Shown one piece after another: positions 26,386-40,441 of a stretch of 64,000 bases of DNA. The translations under genes and the position numbers were made by a program. How positions within the stretch are numbered: position 1 is the first letter of the stretch; the number at the start of each line of letters is the position of its first letter. The notes beneath the pieces are model-generated. The model ran no database searches, was not told the origin of the DNA, and was given only the letters and a program-made list of their open reading frames with translations. Source of the stretch: Octopus vulgaris (lineage: Eukaryota); NCBI GenBank assembly GCA_951406725.2, contig OX597829.1, forward strand, positions 23,126,001-23,190,000, given 5' to 3'.

Positions 26386-27466
26386 TTCTCTCTTTCCCGC
26401 CTCTAATTGTTTTCATTAATTATAATTCATTGCAATTTTTTCATTAAAAATTTTATTTCGTTATTTCAGATGATACCTTATAGTTTATTGTTTATACATA
26501 CTGGACAAAAATTATATTGGACAACTTACTAAAACTTACTGAAGCTTCGAATTCATGTGACTTATTTGCTTTCCGTCGTTATCTAAGAATTATCAAGTGA
26601 ATTTGTTGCTATGGCTATTTGATACCTTATAGGTATTAAAATATCTTTAAAATATAAGGTATTAAAATATCTTTAATACCTTATAGGTATTAAAATGTGA
26701 TCGGAGCTGTCTTTTTTTCACACTAAACGTAGTTAGACTACCTTGATGTTTGTTTAAAAAAGAGAGATTATGACTGCGATAAAATAATGAAAACAATATT
26801 TATTAAGCAAGTGAGCACTATTATTCAAAGAAATAATTAGAGGCAAAATATCATAGAAATTAGATTTGGGAAGCAAATGTGAAAATATCATCAAGTTGTT
26901 TGCAGCTCTGCTAGTATATTTAATATATATATAATATATGTATATAACTTGAATACATGACAGGCTTCCACACAGTTTCCATCTACCAAATTCACTCGCA
27001 AGGAATTGGTCGAGCCGAGATTAGAGCAGACGCACCTGCCCAAGATGCTATACAGTGGGACTGAACCAGAAACTATGTGTTCCGGACACACACACACACA
27101 TACACACACAAAGGGAGAGGCGTGGTTGTGTGGTAAGAAGCTTGCTTCTCAAACACATGGTTCCGGGTCCAGTTTCACTGGGTGGCACCTTAGGCAATTG
27201 TCTTCTACTATAGCCTCAGTCCGTATAATCTTGTGCGTTTATAGAAGGAAACTGGAAGAAGATTGTCACATATATACATATATATATAGTTGAAATCTAT
27301 AGAAAAACGAAAGACGAAGACAGGTTTATGTACAACAAACAGGTGTATTAGTTTAATGCTCGGGAAAAAATTTTTAAACAGAAAGGAATAAGAGAAAATA
27401 AATAGAATGTGCATATGTATATATATATACACACACACGCGCACACACACACATACACACACACAT

Positions 27467-27500
<34 letters not shown>

Positions 27501-27524
27501 ACATACATACACACACATGCACAC

Positions 27525-27580
<56 letters not shown>

Positions 27581-27583
27581 TAT

Positions 27584-27843
27584 ACTCTTTACTCTTTTAC
27601 TTGTTTCAGTCATTTGACTGCGGCCATGCTGGAGCACCGCCTTTTAGTCGAGCAAATCGACCCCGGGACTTATTCTTTGTAAGCCCAGTACTTATTCTAT
27701 CGGTCTCTTTTTGCCGAACTGCTAAGTGACAGGGACATAAACACACCAGCATCGGTTGTCAAACAATGCTAGGGGGACAAACACAGACACACAAACACAC
27801 ACACATACATATATATATACATATATACGACGGGCTTCTTTCA
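27584..27843 (-). mobile_element. SINE B, 3' half
   Basis: Tail and internal microsatellite. Confidence 0.88.
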
Positions 27844-27974
27844 TATATATGACACCTAGGTTGGCTGTTCTGAATGTGACAAGTAATAAACAATGCACGC
27901 TTCCGTCAAAACTCTTAAGCGAAAAAAAAAAAAAGATGCTACCTAAAAACCTCAGTCGAAACAACCTTATCTTA

Positions 27975-28135
27975 TTCTTTTCTACTCTAAGGCACAAGAC
28001 CCAAAATTTTAGCAGAGGGAGCCAGTCGATTAGATCGACCCCCAGTACGCAACTGGTACTTAATTTATCGACCCCCGAAAGGATGAAAGGCAAAGTCGAT
28101 CTCGATGGAATTTGAACTTAGGCCGTAAAGACAGA
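27975..28135 (-). mobile_element. SINE A2, 5'-truncated
   Basis: Central domain gactttgcctttcatcctttcggggg and A2 tail. Confidence 0.8.
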
Positions 28136-28485
28136 CTAACAACGTTATCTTATTGACTTCGTCATAATGACATTTGTAGTGTTTGTAGCGTTAAACTGCC
28201 CTCTGAGGCTGCGTATCAGACAGTATACTAACCTTGTTCGAGCAAAGCAGAAGCTGATTGTTAGAGAAATGTTCATTCAAAAAAGCGCGTGCGCGCACAC
28301 TCACACGCAAAAACTCACATGCACGCATACACACGCGCTGACACACACACAGACGCATGCACATGCACACACATATACGCGCGCTCATACACGCGCTCAC
28401 ACACACACGCTCACATATACACAGCCACACATGATCACAGACACATTCATACACACACACACGCTCACACACACGCACACATACG

Positions 28486-28523
<38 letters not shown>

Positions 28524-28539
28524 CACACACACACATAAG

Positions 28540-28860
28540 GAGCACTCCGTCGGTTACGACGACGAGGGTCCCAGCTGATACGGTCAACAGAACAGCCTGC
28601 TCATGAAATTAACGTGCAGGTGGCTCATCACTCCACACACACGTGTACCCTTAATGTAGTTCTCAGGGAGATTCAGCGTGATACAGAGTGTGACAAGGCT
28701 GGACCTTCGAAATACAGGTACTACTCATTTTTGCCAGCTGAGTGGACTGGAGCAACGTGGAATAAAGTGTCTTGCTCAAGGACACAACGCGTCGCCTGGA
28801 ATTGAACTCACGACCTTACGATCATGAGCCGAGTACCCTAACCACTAAGCCACGCGTCTT
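28540..28860 (-). mobile_element. tRNA-headed SINE family D
   Basis: gacgcgtggcttagtggttagg head, ttgtgtccttgagcaagacacttt central domain, tail ctcgtcgtcgtaaccgacggagtgc. Confidence 0.85.
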
Positions 28861-29220
28861 CACAACACACACACATATACACACACACACACACACGCTC
28901 ACATGCACACACGCTCATGCACGCACACGCACACACACACACAACACATACACACGAAGCTCCCCGAATGATTGATATCCTGCAATATTTGAAACTCCGT
29001 GATATCCTGCAATATCTGAATCTGTCTGTAAATCATTTGCGAATACTTTGTAACTTTGCCTAAGTATATGTGTGTGAATATGTGCCTGTGTGAGTACGTG
29101 ATTTGTTTCCTCTGTCGGCCACACAACGCAGCTATCCAGATGGCCACTTCTCACGAACGCATGAAATGACATCTAAAGTAGGTTAAGTGGAAGTCGCAAG
29201 TCGTAGGAATATATATATAA

Positions 29221-29438
29221 AGAGATCGCCATGTTGATTCGCTAGCTTCTGCACGCATTTTTTTTTTCTCTCCTTGTTTCTTTCTGTGTTTTTTTTCTGT
29301 GTATCTTTCTGTTGAAGAGCGTAGGCTCGAAACGTAAAAGACTTGTTTTATTTATATTCCTGAGCGCCATACTAATACAATTGTTTGTTTATATTCCACC
29401 TGCCTTCGTCTTTTGTTTATTTTCATAAAGCTTCCCGT
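29221..29438 (+). mobile_element. Penelope-like terminal repeat family P2
   Basis: ctgttgaa-gagc-gtag-gctc-gaaacg motif; homologs at 27288-27410, 40437-40650, 49150-49310, 49890-50050, 61650-61768, all next to (TA)n. Confidence 0.6.
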
Positions 29439-29482
29439 TATATATATGTATATATATATATCGAAGCGTTCCTGTCACAATC

Positions 29483-29524
29483 TGAACCTGATGAATGCTT
29501 AAATGCAAGAAGTATACTAGTTCA
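29483..29524 (+). ncRNA. Near-canonical minimal hammerhead motif (one A missing from GAAA)
   Basis: tgaac-CTGATGA-atgcttaaatgcaa-GAA-gtatac-TA-gttca; stem I tgaac/gttca. Confidence 0.45.
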
Positions 29525-29681
29525 AAGAGGATAAACATTTAATATTTAATTTTCAATATTTCATTTGTTCAATCAATACTTCATTTCATTTCTTTCTTAC
29601 TATATATTCCATATTCTATATCCTATATTAATATTATAAGAATATAAATAAAACATAAAAAATTGGAATTCCTTTGAGTAC

Positions 29682-29751
<70 letters not shown>

Positions 29752-29914
29752 CGTATTGTACTTATTGTATCATATTACTCATTGATGTGCACTGTTTTGT
29801 TCTGTATTATTGTGTTTGATCTTGACGTTCATATGTAGTTAATTAATAAATTATGTTAATGGGTATTATCTGGTAGTTGATTATTGATGGGTGTATTCCT
29901 CCATTTTCTTATTT

Positions 29915-29963
<49 letters not shown>

Positions 29964-29969
29964 AGAGTT

Positions 29970-30022
<53 letters not shown>

Positions 30023-30039
30023 TCTTTTATTCTTTTATT

Positions 30040-30485
30040 CTTTCTGGTGTTTCAGTCATTTTACTGCAGCCATGTTGGAGCACCAACTTTTGTCAAGAAA
30101 ATCGACCCTAGGACTTATTCTTTGTTAGCCTAGTACTTATTCAATCGGTCTCTTTTGCCGAACTGCTACGTTACAGGAGCGTAGAACACCTCTATGGATT
30201 GTCAAGCGATGGTAGGGGGACAAACACAGACACACAAATGCATATATATATATATGCGACGGGCTTCTTTCAGTTTCCGTCTACCAAACCCACTCTGTGT
30301 GTGTGTATGTGTGTGTGTGTTTGAATGTGTGTGTGTGTGTGTGATAAGAAGTTTGCTTTCCGACCACATGGTTCCAGGTTCAGTCCACCGCGTGGTACCT
30401 CGGACAAGTGTCTTCTTCTATAGCCTCGGGCCGACCAAAGCCTTTCTGAGTGGATTTGGTAGATGGAAACTGAAAGAAGCCCGTC

Positions 30486-30558
<73 letters not shown>

Positions 30559-30800
30559 CGTATGTATGTATGTATGTATGTATATATATATGTGTGCATT
30601 TCTATGTATGTATTTATAAATTTGTGTCTGTGTTTGTCCCCCCACCAGCACTTGACAACTGTAAGCTAACGGTTCGGCATAAGAGACCGACAGAATACGT
30701 ACTAAGCTTACAAAGAATAAATCCTGAGGTTGATTTGTTCGACTAAAGGCGGTGCTCCAGCATGGCCGCAGTCAAATGACTGAAACAAAAAAAATAAAAG
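30040..30800. mobile_element. Two SINE B copies head-to-head (minus 30040-30293, plus 30340-30800)
   Basis: SINE B modules in opposite orientations. Confidence 0.85.
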
Positions 30801-30806
30801 AACAAA

Positions 30807-30866
<60 letters not shown>

Positions 30867-31816
30867 GCGACTCCTGATCATCAGCGTCACTCGGGTTCAT
30901 CACCGATATCGCATAAGATACATACCTGCTCGAAGAATTTCACGTTTTTCCGCAATATTTCTAACCCCAAATGGCTTAATTTTTTTTATATATCTAGCAA
31001 TGTATCTTTCTCCATTTCTAAGTTAAGGGTAAAAATAAAGCAACCCTGCAAAATGCAACTGATCTTTACACACAGACTCACAGAATAACAGCAATCAAAT
31101 AATAGCGGAGTGCACAACAAACATCGGTGATCTGACTGTTACCTGTACTCTTGACAAGAGATGCCAGTTAGTCTTTTACACCTGCAAGGCTCGTTCGTAA
31201 TGGCCCGGGTTGCTGGATAAGTTTTCGTTTCTTTAAGAATATTGTAGAAAGGAAACTTTTCATAGATTGGAATTTAAATCCTAATCTCTATAGAAATTTA
31301 TTGTTTCAAGAAAACACTGAATTTGAATTACTTTTAATTTTTACGATTATAGATAACAACTCGGGCTGTAACTTCTGAGCCCGAGTCAGGCGCGTGTGAA
31401 CGATGTCGATAGAACGTCTCCTACGAATGATATTTTTTGACGCAGGGCACCTCTAAGACGATCGCCAGACGCTGAACGAAAATAAATAAACTGCGACCAG
31501 CTTCAATAAAAGGAGCAAGATATAGTAGAGATATCGCGGCGATATCTCTACTATATCACAGGATTAACTCTGTGATAACTCTGTGATATCACTGTAACAA
31601 TCATTGTGTTACACTGGATAACAGTAATACTTTTCTAATAGCCATCATAATGGTTGCAAACGTAACGTTGCGGTTAAAGGCTGTTTTACAATTCCTTGGG
31701 CATGTGTCACCAAACCATATTCACGAGATACCCGAAGTCTTGTGAATAAAATCCGGTAAATGGAAATTGTAAAGAAGCCCGTCAGAGGGACTGTCCTTTT
31801 TATTCGGTAGCAGACT

Positions 31817-32432
31817 AAGGCGGTGAGCTGGCAGAAACGTTAGCACGCCGGGCGAAATGCTTAGCGGTATTTCGTCTGGCGTTACGTTGTGAGTTCAAAT
31901 TCCGACGAGGTCAACTTTGCCTTTCATCATTTCGAGGTCAATAAATTAAGTACCAGTTACGCACTGGGGTAGATGTAATCGACTTAATCTGTTTGTTTGT
32001 CCTTGTTTGTCCCCTCTATGTTTAGCCCCTTGTGGGTAATAAAGAAACAGGTATTTCGTCTGCCGCTACGTTCTGAGTTCAAATTCCACCCAGGTCGACT
32101 TTGCCTTTCATCCTTTCAGGGTCAATTGAATAAGTACCAGTTACGCACTGGTGTCGATATAATCGACTTAATCCGTTTGTCTGTCCTTGTTTGTCCCCTC
32201 TGTGTGTAGCTCCTTGTGGGCGGTAAAGAAATAAGAATCGTTAGCACGCCGGGCCAAATAATTAGCGGCATTTCGTCCGTCTTTACGTTCTGAATTCAAA
32301 TTACTCCGAGGTCACTTTGCTTTTCAACCTTTCGGAATCGATAAAATAACTATCAGTTGCTCACCGGGATTGATGTAATCGACTTACTCCTTCTCCGAAA
32401 TTGCTGGCCTTGTGCCAAAATTTGAAACCGTT
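31817..32432 (+). mobile_element. Composite SINE A: A1-A1-A2
   Basis: Junctions aaagaaaca|ggtatttcgtc (~32050) and aaagaaata|agaatcgttagc (~32234). Confidence 0.88.
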
Positions 32433-33389
32433 ATTTGGTAGCAGACTTAATTGGTTACCCTGTTTAGCACCCCCATTGTTTCTGAGTTTACTCTTCTGTA
32501 AGTACATGGAGTAAGTTTTTAGTCAATGGATCCCTTTTTTTTCCTTTAAACCGTTCCGGAGAATCTGGATGATAGTTATAGATTTTGAATATCTTTTCTT
32601 TTTAACATGTTATTATCATAACATCACTGTAATATCATTGTAAAATTACCCTGGTATTTCAGGAGTTTTGGGTTTTTTTAATTTTGTTCCTTGTTCCTTA
32701 CTTTAATGTCTCCAGTTGATATATCTGTGATATCTTCAGGAACTAAAATGCTCCGGTAAGAAGACAAACTATTTTTTAAAAAATGAAAGTGAAAAATTGT
32801 TTTTGAATTTGATTTCAACTTTATAAGGCTTGGCTGAAGTCTTTAAAGATTTGCCAAATAATTCCTGACAAGAATGAAGAATTGTTTGGAGTAACTTTAG
32901 AGTTGCTCGGAAGTTCTTCACACAAATAAAAGTTTATTTGATAAAATTATCTGGAAATTCTCTACACCGGTAAAGGTTTGTCTTACGTACCTTAGGAACT
33001 CATTGAATATAATTGGCGCTATAAACCGTATATTGACTTCGCCGATAGTTTTTATGATCTTAGAAAGACGTTCGTTTCATTCAGCTTCAGCGATTACAGT
33101 ATCAGATATTAAGTACTTAAGAAGATAAAATTGAAACTGTTGCCAGAATCCAAGATAAAATCAGAGAGCTGCCAAAATATAGGTTCACTTATCTATTATA
33201 TTCTGCTCATTTAAACTTTTAGATTTATTCTTATCTCAACACAGCACTGGCACAATACGTTACAATAAAAATAATAGTAATAATAGCAATATTTCTACCA
33301 AATTAAAATTATTTTTGTTGTTGTTGTTGGTATCCATATCGCAAATTGATCTGCAGTAATTTTTACAAGGTAAGCGGTGAGTCATAACT

Positions 33390-33398
33390 AATTATTAC

Positions 33399-33474
<76 letters not shown>

Positions 33475-33500
33475 GTTATTATTATTATTATTATTATCAT
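33390..33500. repeat. (TAT)n microsatellite
   Basis: Direct sequence. Confidence 0.95.
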
Positions 33501-33599
33501 CATCTGATTAAAACTCTCAGCTTATTTTCCTGGATATGATGAAACGTGTCAGCCGTCCACAGCCAACAGATTATGGTGACTCTTGCTTACTGGTTGTTG

Positions 33600-34420
33600 T
33601 TGTTGTTGTTATTGTTATTATTATCACTTTTGTTTGCTTTTAATCTGCGTGTTTGATGTAATCTCTTGCCGAGTCACACCCTAGGACAAGTGAAGGTTAA
33701 GAAATGTTGAAATACAACTGAAGCCTTGTCGAGGGCAGTAGAGAAATGCCTCTAAATAATACAACACAAACGTTTAAATTGATAAGGTTTTTCTAAGGAT
33801 ATGGGCAATACTTGTCAGCACAATCTTTTGAATTTCTTTGAAACATGATTCTCCTGGGATGTTGTCTAAATGTTTCGGGCATTCCTCTTTTAATAATAAA
33901 GTCACCTACAATAACAAGAACAGTTTTTGCTTTAAGAGTCCACATCTTTTGTATTTAATATTTCAATTTCCAGGTTCTTATATTTACTAAGTTTGTTAAA
34001 TTCCTTTACAGGTATATTTTTATCAGTAGGAACTCTCACATATATTACTCTGCGAGTATTTTCTTTCCTGTCTTTAATAATTATATCTGGTCGATTATTC
34101 TGGATCTTTCTGTCAGTGTTGGCAAGAAAATCCCAGAGAATGGTGACAGTTTTACCTTCAACGACTGGCTCAGAATGATGTACATACCAATAAGGAGGAG
34201 TGCTGATTTTGTAATGTTTACATATTTTCCAATGTAAATACTCTCCTGTATGGTTTATTGTTTCGCCAAATGCGGAATCTGCATTTAGAGTCTGCACCGC
34301 TCTGGAAAACGTTAGCCTGGTAATTTCTAGAAAGCAAGCTTTGATCTTGTGCTGTCAGTCTCTGCTTTCAGTCCTGAACTTTTCAACCACTGTTGGGTGA
34401 TTGCTTAGTCTATATCAGCA
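33600..34420 (-). pseudogene. R4/Dong-clade LINE 3' part (Zn-knuckle/RLE endonuclease) with UTR ending in (TAA)n
   Basis: AQDQSLLSRNYQ, LHWKICKHY...WYVHH.EPVVE...ILWDF..TDRKI.NNRPDIII...KLSKYKNLEIEI, AHILRKTLSI*. Confidence 0.88.
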
Positions 34421-34443
34421 TTTTGGCTTCAGAGAATGTATTG

Positions 34444-34725
34444 TTTACTGAGCGAAAACACTTAAAGTTCCACGAAGCTCCGGCAGGGGTCGGTAGCGAA
34501 CCTTGCTGTACTCTTTCACCACAGCTTTCGCTTACTCTTTCCTCTTGTTTCTGTTGCACCTGTATTTCAAAGGGCCAGCCTTGTCACACTCTGTGTCCCC
34601 AAGAACACGTTAAGGGCACACGTGTCTATGGACTGTTCAGCCACTTGCACGTTAATTTCCCGAGTAGGCTGATCCGTTGATCGGATCAACTGAAACACTC
34701 GTCGTCGTAACCGACGGAGTGCCGT
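34444..34725 (+). mobile_element. Chimeric SINE fragment (F-type middle plus D-type tail)
   Basis: gagcgaaaacac..ccacg..gctccggcag segment shared with 60187-60280; tail shared with 28540-28720. Confidence 0.7.
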
Positions 34726-34855
34726 AGTATTGTGGATGTACATGCATACATACATACATACATACATACATACATACATACATACATACATACATACATA
34801 CATACATACATACGTACGGACGTACATACATAGTACAAATATATATATATATGCT

Positions 34856-34905
<50 letters not shown>

Positions 34906-34917
34906 TGCGTGCGTGTG

Positions 34918-35228
34918 AGAGTGAGTGACCTAGTGGTTAGGGTGTTGCGCTCACGATCGCGTTATCGTCGGTTCTGTTCCTGAACCGGCTGGTGCATTGG
35001 ACCAGGTGTTGCATCGTGTTGTTGAAATTAAACACTTTCTCTCGCGGTACTTTGCGATCACATGAACACCTGACACATGGCACACCGTGTACATGTTCAG
35101 GAAAGGTCGGTTCGATGGAGGGAGTGGGCTAATATACAGCACGTACCTTTGATCTACAAACAAATCATTTGTACAGGTTTTTCAGCCAGAAATTGCAGAA
35201 CCGTCTTTCTCGGACTACGAGAGACTAC
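34918..35228 (+). mobile_element. Diverged tRNA-headed SINE (D-like head)
   Basis: gacctagtggttagggtgttgcgctcacgatcg...ggttctgttcc. Confidence 0.6.
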
Positions 35229-35419
35229 CACTATATATATATGTATAATATTAAGAACAACAACATCAACAAGAACAACAACAACAACAACAACAACAAC
35301 AATAATAATAATAATAATAATAATAGGGAGTATAACTCCAAACTTACAGGAAAAAATTCAAATTTCACAATATAAATATATATATATATATATTAAAAAT
35401 ATATATATATAATATTTTC

Positions 35420-35646
35420 TTTTATTTGTTTCAGTTATTTGACTGCTGCCATGCTGGAGCACCGCCTTCGGTGGAGCAAATCGACCCCAGGACTTATTCT
35501 TTGTAAGCCTAGTACTTACTCTATCGGTCTTTTTCTTTTCTTTTTTTTTCTTTGCATAACCGCTAAGTTACGGGGAATAAACACACCAGCATGGATTGTT
35601 AAGCGATGTTGGGGGGACAAACACAGACACACAAACACACACACAC

Positions 35647-35704
<58 letters not shown>

Positions 35705-36125
35705 TCCCGTGGCTTTTTCCATAGGCTTTTCTTTCCGCCGATAAACCTAATCTATTTTCCCTTTTTACATAGACATTTCTGTGATACACGATTGCTATTG
35801 ATCGCCCCACCTCATTTTTTTCACGATCCCTTTTGATCAGAATTCAAACCACTTTTTCTTCTTTCTTTTTTTTTTCTTTTTTCTTCTTCCCAAAAAGAAA
35901 AGCTCTACTTTGTATTTTGTCCCTTCTGTGTTCAGTCCTGCGTGGCCAATAAAGAAACATATATATATATACACGACGAGCTTTTTTCCGTTTTCGTCTA
36001 CCAAATCCACTCATAAAGATTTGGTCGGCCTGAGGCTATAGTAGAAGACACTTGCCCAAGGTGCCACGCAGTGGGACTGAACCAGGAACCGTGTGGTTGG
36101 TAAGCAAGCTACTTACCACACACAT
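35420..36125 (-). mobile_element. SINE B split by a Tx1-like 3'UTR (35701-35960, plus strand) inside its internal (TA)n
   Basis: SINE B tail 35420-35650 and head 35970-36125 flank the Tx1-like UTR. Confidence 0.82.
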
Positions 36126-36171
36126 GTATATATTAAAGTGGCTAATCGCAATTTAAAACCAATAGGCACAA

Positions 36172-36413
36172 GTACAATTGTCATTAAAGTGATTAAGAGT
36201 GCAAGTAAGCACCAGCCTTGCTAGAAATAAGGGTCAAACAACTCTTCGCCACAGGCAGAGCAATATCCATTGACTGACAAGGGAGGCAGCGGGTTTGTCT
36301 CCCTCGACAGTCAATAGAGGGCTTTCTGCTCGTGGCTAAGTGTTGTTTTGACTCTTATTTCTAGCAAGGCTGGTACCGGCTTACACCCTTAATCACTTCA
36401 GTGACGATTGTGC
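36172..36413. mobile_element. Fold-back element with ~120-bp imperfect inverted arms (MITE-like)
   Basis: accagccttgctagaaataagggtcaaa vs tttgactcttatttctagcaaggctggt; pairing extends to both ends. Confidence 0.75.
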
Positions 36414-36488
36414 ATATATATATTTGCGTGTGTGTATATATATTTGTGTGTGTATGTATATATTTGTGTGTTTGTGTATATTTGGTGT

Positions 36489-36564
<76 letters not shown>

Positions 36565-36749
36565 TTGTTCTACCCGAACATCGCTTGACAACTGGTGCTG
36601 TGTTGTTTCCGATAGTAAGTACCAGTGTAAATTCTTCAAGTAAATGAATGTATACAATTTCTCACCATAAAGTCTTGAAATAGCCGAATATGGACAGAAA
36701 GGAGCAGCACAAGATTAAGTTATAAATAATTATGAATAATTTGTGGTAT

Positions 36750-37050
36750 GTTGTTTATTCCTTCTCGAGCCATGCCTGGCTCATAAGACCCGGTTTCCCG
36801 GTTTCGTATAGGTTCCCCACCTGGCTGGGACGCCTGTCCGTCGCAGGTGAGCTGCAAGATGCAGGAAGAAAGAGTGAGAGAAAGTTGTGGCGAAAGAGTC
36901 AGCAGAAGTTTCGCCATTACCTTCTGCTGGAGCCGCGTGGAGCTTAGGTGTTTTCACTCATAAACTCACACACCACCCGGCCTGAGATTCGAACCCGCGA
37001 TCCCCCGACCGCAAGTCCGCTGCTCTAACCACTAGGTTATGTGCTGCCAC
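36750..37050 (-). mobile_element. tRNA-headed SINE family F with V-domain-like segment
   Basis: cctagtggttagagcagcgg...gggttcgaatctc; cctgcgacggacaggcgtcccagccagg; homolog 60097-60404. Confidence 0.85.
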
Positions 37051-37139
37051 AGTTTGTTATATAGAGAGTAATTAATAAAAGAAGTATGCGGAGTGTTGGA
37101 GAAAATGGAAAGATTGCTTAGAGCTGGCTGAGAATGAGA

Positions 37140-37797
37140 ATAATAATTCTTTTAAATTTCGACAAAAGGTTGGCAATTTAGAGCTGAATCGATTACATCG
37201 ACACCAGATCTCTACCAGTTCTTATTTTATTGATCTTGAAAAGATGAAAAGCAATTTCGATCTCGAAGAGCTGTCGGTTAACGTTCGAGCTGGCAAAAAT
37301 GTTAGTACGCCGGGCGAAATGCTTAGCGGTATTTCGTCTGCCGTTACGTTCTGAGTTCAAATTCCGCCGAGGTCCACTTTGCCTTTCGTCCTTTCGGGGT
37401 CGATCAAATAAGTACCAGTTACGCACTGGGGTTGATATAATCGACTTAATCTGTTTGTCTGTCCTTGTTTGTCCTCTCTGTGTTTAGCCCCCTTGTGGGT
37501 AGTAAAGAAATAGGTTAGCGTTTTATAGGGAGGCGCGGAAATGATTGTGCCAGCCCGCCGCCAACTTGGAAAGAAATTATAACTCTTTCTACTGTAGGTA
37601 CAATGTCTGAAATTGGAGGGGAGGGATGTTAGTCGATTACACATTCACCTCAGTACTCAACTGGCACTTATTTTATTGACCCCTGAAGGTATGAAAGTCA
37701 AAGTTGATCTTGACAGCGTTTAACCTCATAACGTAAAATGCCGGAAAAGGTGCTATTTTTAGCATTGTGTGGAGTAACCATTCTGCCAGCTCGCCGT
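37140..37797. mobile_element. Cluster of SINE A copies (A2 minus, A1 plus 37285-37513, A2 minus)
   Basis: Family A modules. Confidence 0.78.
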
Positions 37798-37802
37798 TTT
37801 CT

Positions 37803-37909
37803 AGTGGCCCCTTGAGCAAGTGTTTTCTCTCACGGTTTTCTACTATAGCTCCGGACCGACCAAAACCTTGTGAGTGGATTTGGTAGAAGGAAACTTAAAG
37901 AAGCACGTC

Positions 37910-37987
<78 letters not shown>

Positions 37988-38208
37988 ATGTTTATATGTC
38001 TGTATTTGTCCCCCCCCCCCAACCAACATCGCTTGACAACCGATGGTGGTGTGTTTACGTCCCCGTAACTTAGCGGCTCGGCAAAAGGAGACCGATAGAA
38101 TAAGTACTAGGCTTCCAAAGAATAAGTCCTGGGGTCGATTTGCTCGACTAAAGGCGGTGTTCCAGCATGGCCGCAGTCAAATGACTGAAACAAGTAAAAG
38201 ACTAAAAG
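37803..38208 (+). mobile_element. SINE B
   Basis: Body, (TG)n, tail. Confidence 0.85.
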
Positions 38209-39019
38209 GGTAATTAATGAAATGTTACTAATTCTCATTCTTTAATTTTATCGGTCACTCATTATCGGGTAATTCACCCTGTCCATTGCCCTTCTTGAAA
38301 AGGGGGAAAAATAAATAAATACGAAGAGTATTAATGAAATGTTACTAATTTCTCATTTTTCAAATTTTATCGCTCACTCGTTATCGGGCAAATTCACCCT
38401 GTCCATATCATGATAGGTAGGAGCGTATAAGGGCCATCTCAGGACAACTGCTACGATATTTCGTAAAGAGAGACGAAATATATTTCCTTATTCAGTTTGT
38501 TTAATAATTGTGAGGAATTTACCATCTTTGGTAGCAATCAGCCATTCTTTGGACTTATTCTTTGGAAGCCTAGTACTTATTCTATCGGTCTCCTTTTGCC
38601 GAGCCGCTAAGTTACGAGGACGTAAACATCAAGAATGTAGACCACTGATAGTCATTCTCTTGATTATGATATTCTGGATAACACGAAGAATCGGTTTAAC
38701 TGGGGGGGGGGGGTTCACTGTATGTTTGCATGTATACATATGAGTTTGTGTGTATGTATGTGTGTGTGTGTGTGTGTGTGCGTGTGTGACACGCGCGCGA
38801 GTAATAGATATGCATGTATGTTTGTATGTATGCATGTATGTATGTGTGTATGTTTGAATGTATGTATGTTTCTATGTATGTATGCATGCATGTATGTCTG
38901 TTTTTATATATAACAGCCATGTCAAAATCAGCAGAGTAAGCAATAGACACACACATATATTGCATAAGATACATGCATACACATACACACACACACACAT
39001 ATATACATATATATATATT

Positions 39020-39715
<696 letters not shown>

Positions 39716-40292
39716 ACTCCTTCTGGAATGGTCGACCGCTAGATGAACTTTCATCTTGTAAATCGCTATAACAAGACAGGAATTTTCAAGACATTTTGCA
39801 ACGTTTGTATTTTTGTTTATTATTGTTTATTGTTTTATGCGTTTATTTGTTCGTTGTTTATTTTATTTACTTGTTTACTTTATAAACTTATTGAACACGA
39901 GAAAATATTTATGTTGTTGTTGTTGCGGTTGCTGCTGTTGCTTTTGTGCTCCAGCATGGCCGCAGTCAAATGACTGAAACAAGTAAAAGAGTAAAGAGTA
40001 AAGAGTTGTTTTTTTTTACCGTTGGGGTTTTTTTGTTCTTGTTCTTTTACTTGTCTCTGCTACTGTTCTTGTTGTCGTTGATGTTGTTGTTGTTGGTGGT
40101 GGTGGTGCTGATTTTGACATGGCTGTTATTTTTGCTAATGTTGCTGCTGTTAAGTATAATTTTTTGGTGGTGTTGTTGTTGCTAATGTTGTTGTTGTTTG
40201 ACTTTTTACGTGATCGATGTGTGTTCAAATTCTGAAAAAAAAAACAAAATTACCGTATTTCTTCAATGTTTGCGTGTGCATAACATACGTAC

Positions 40293-40441
<149 letters not shown>

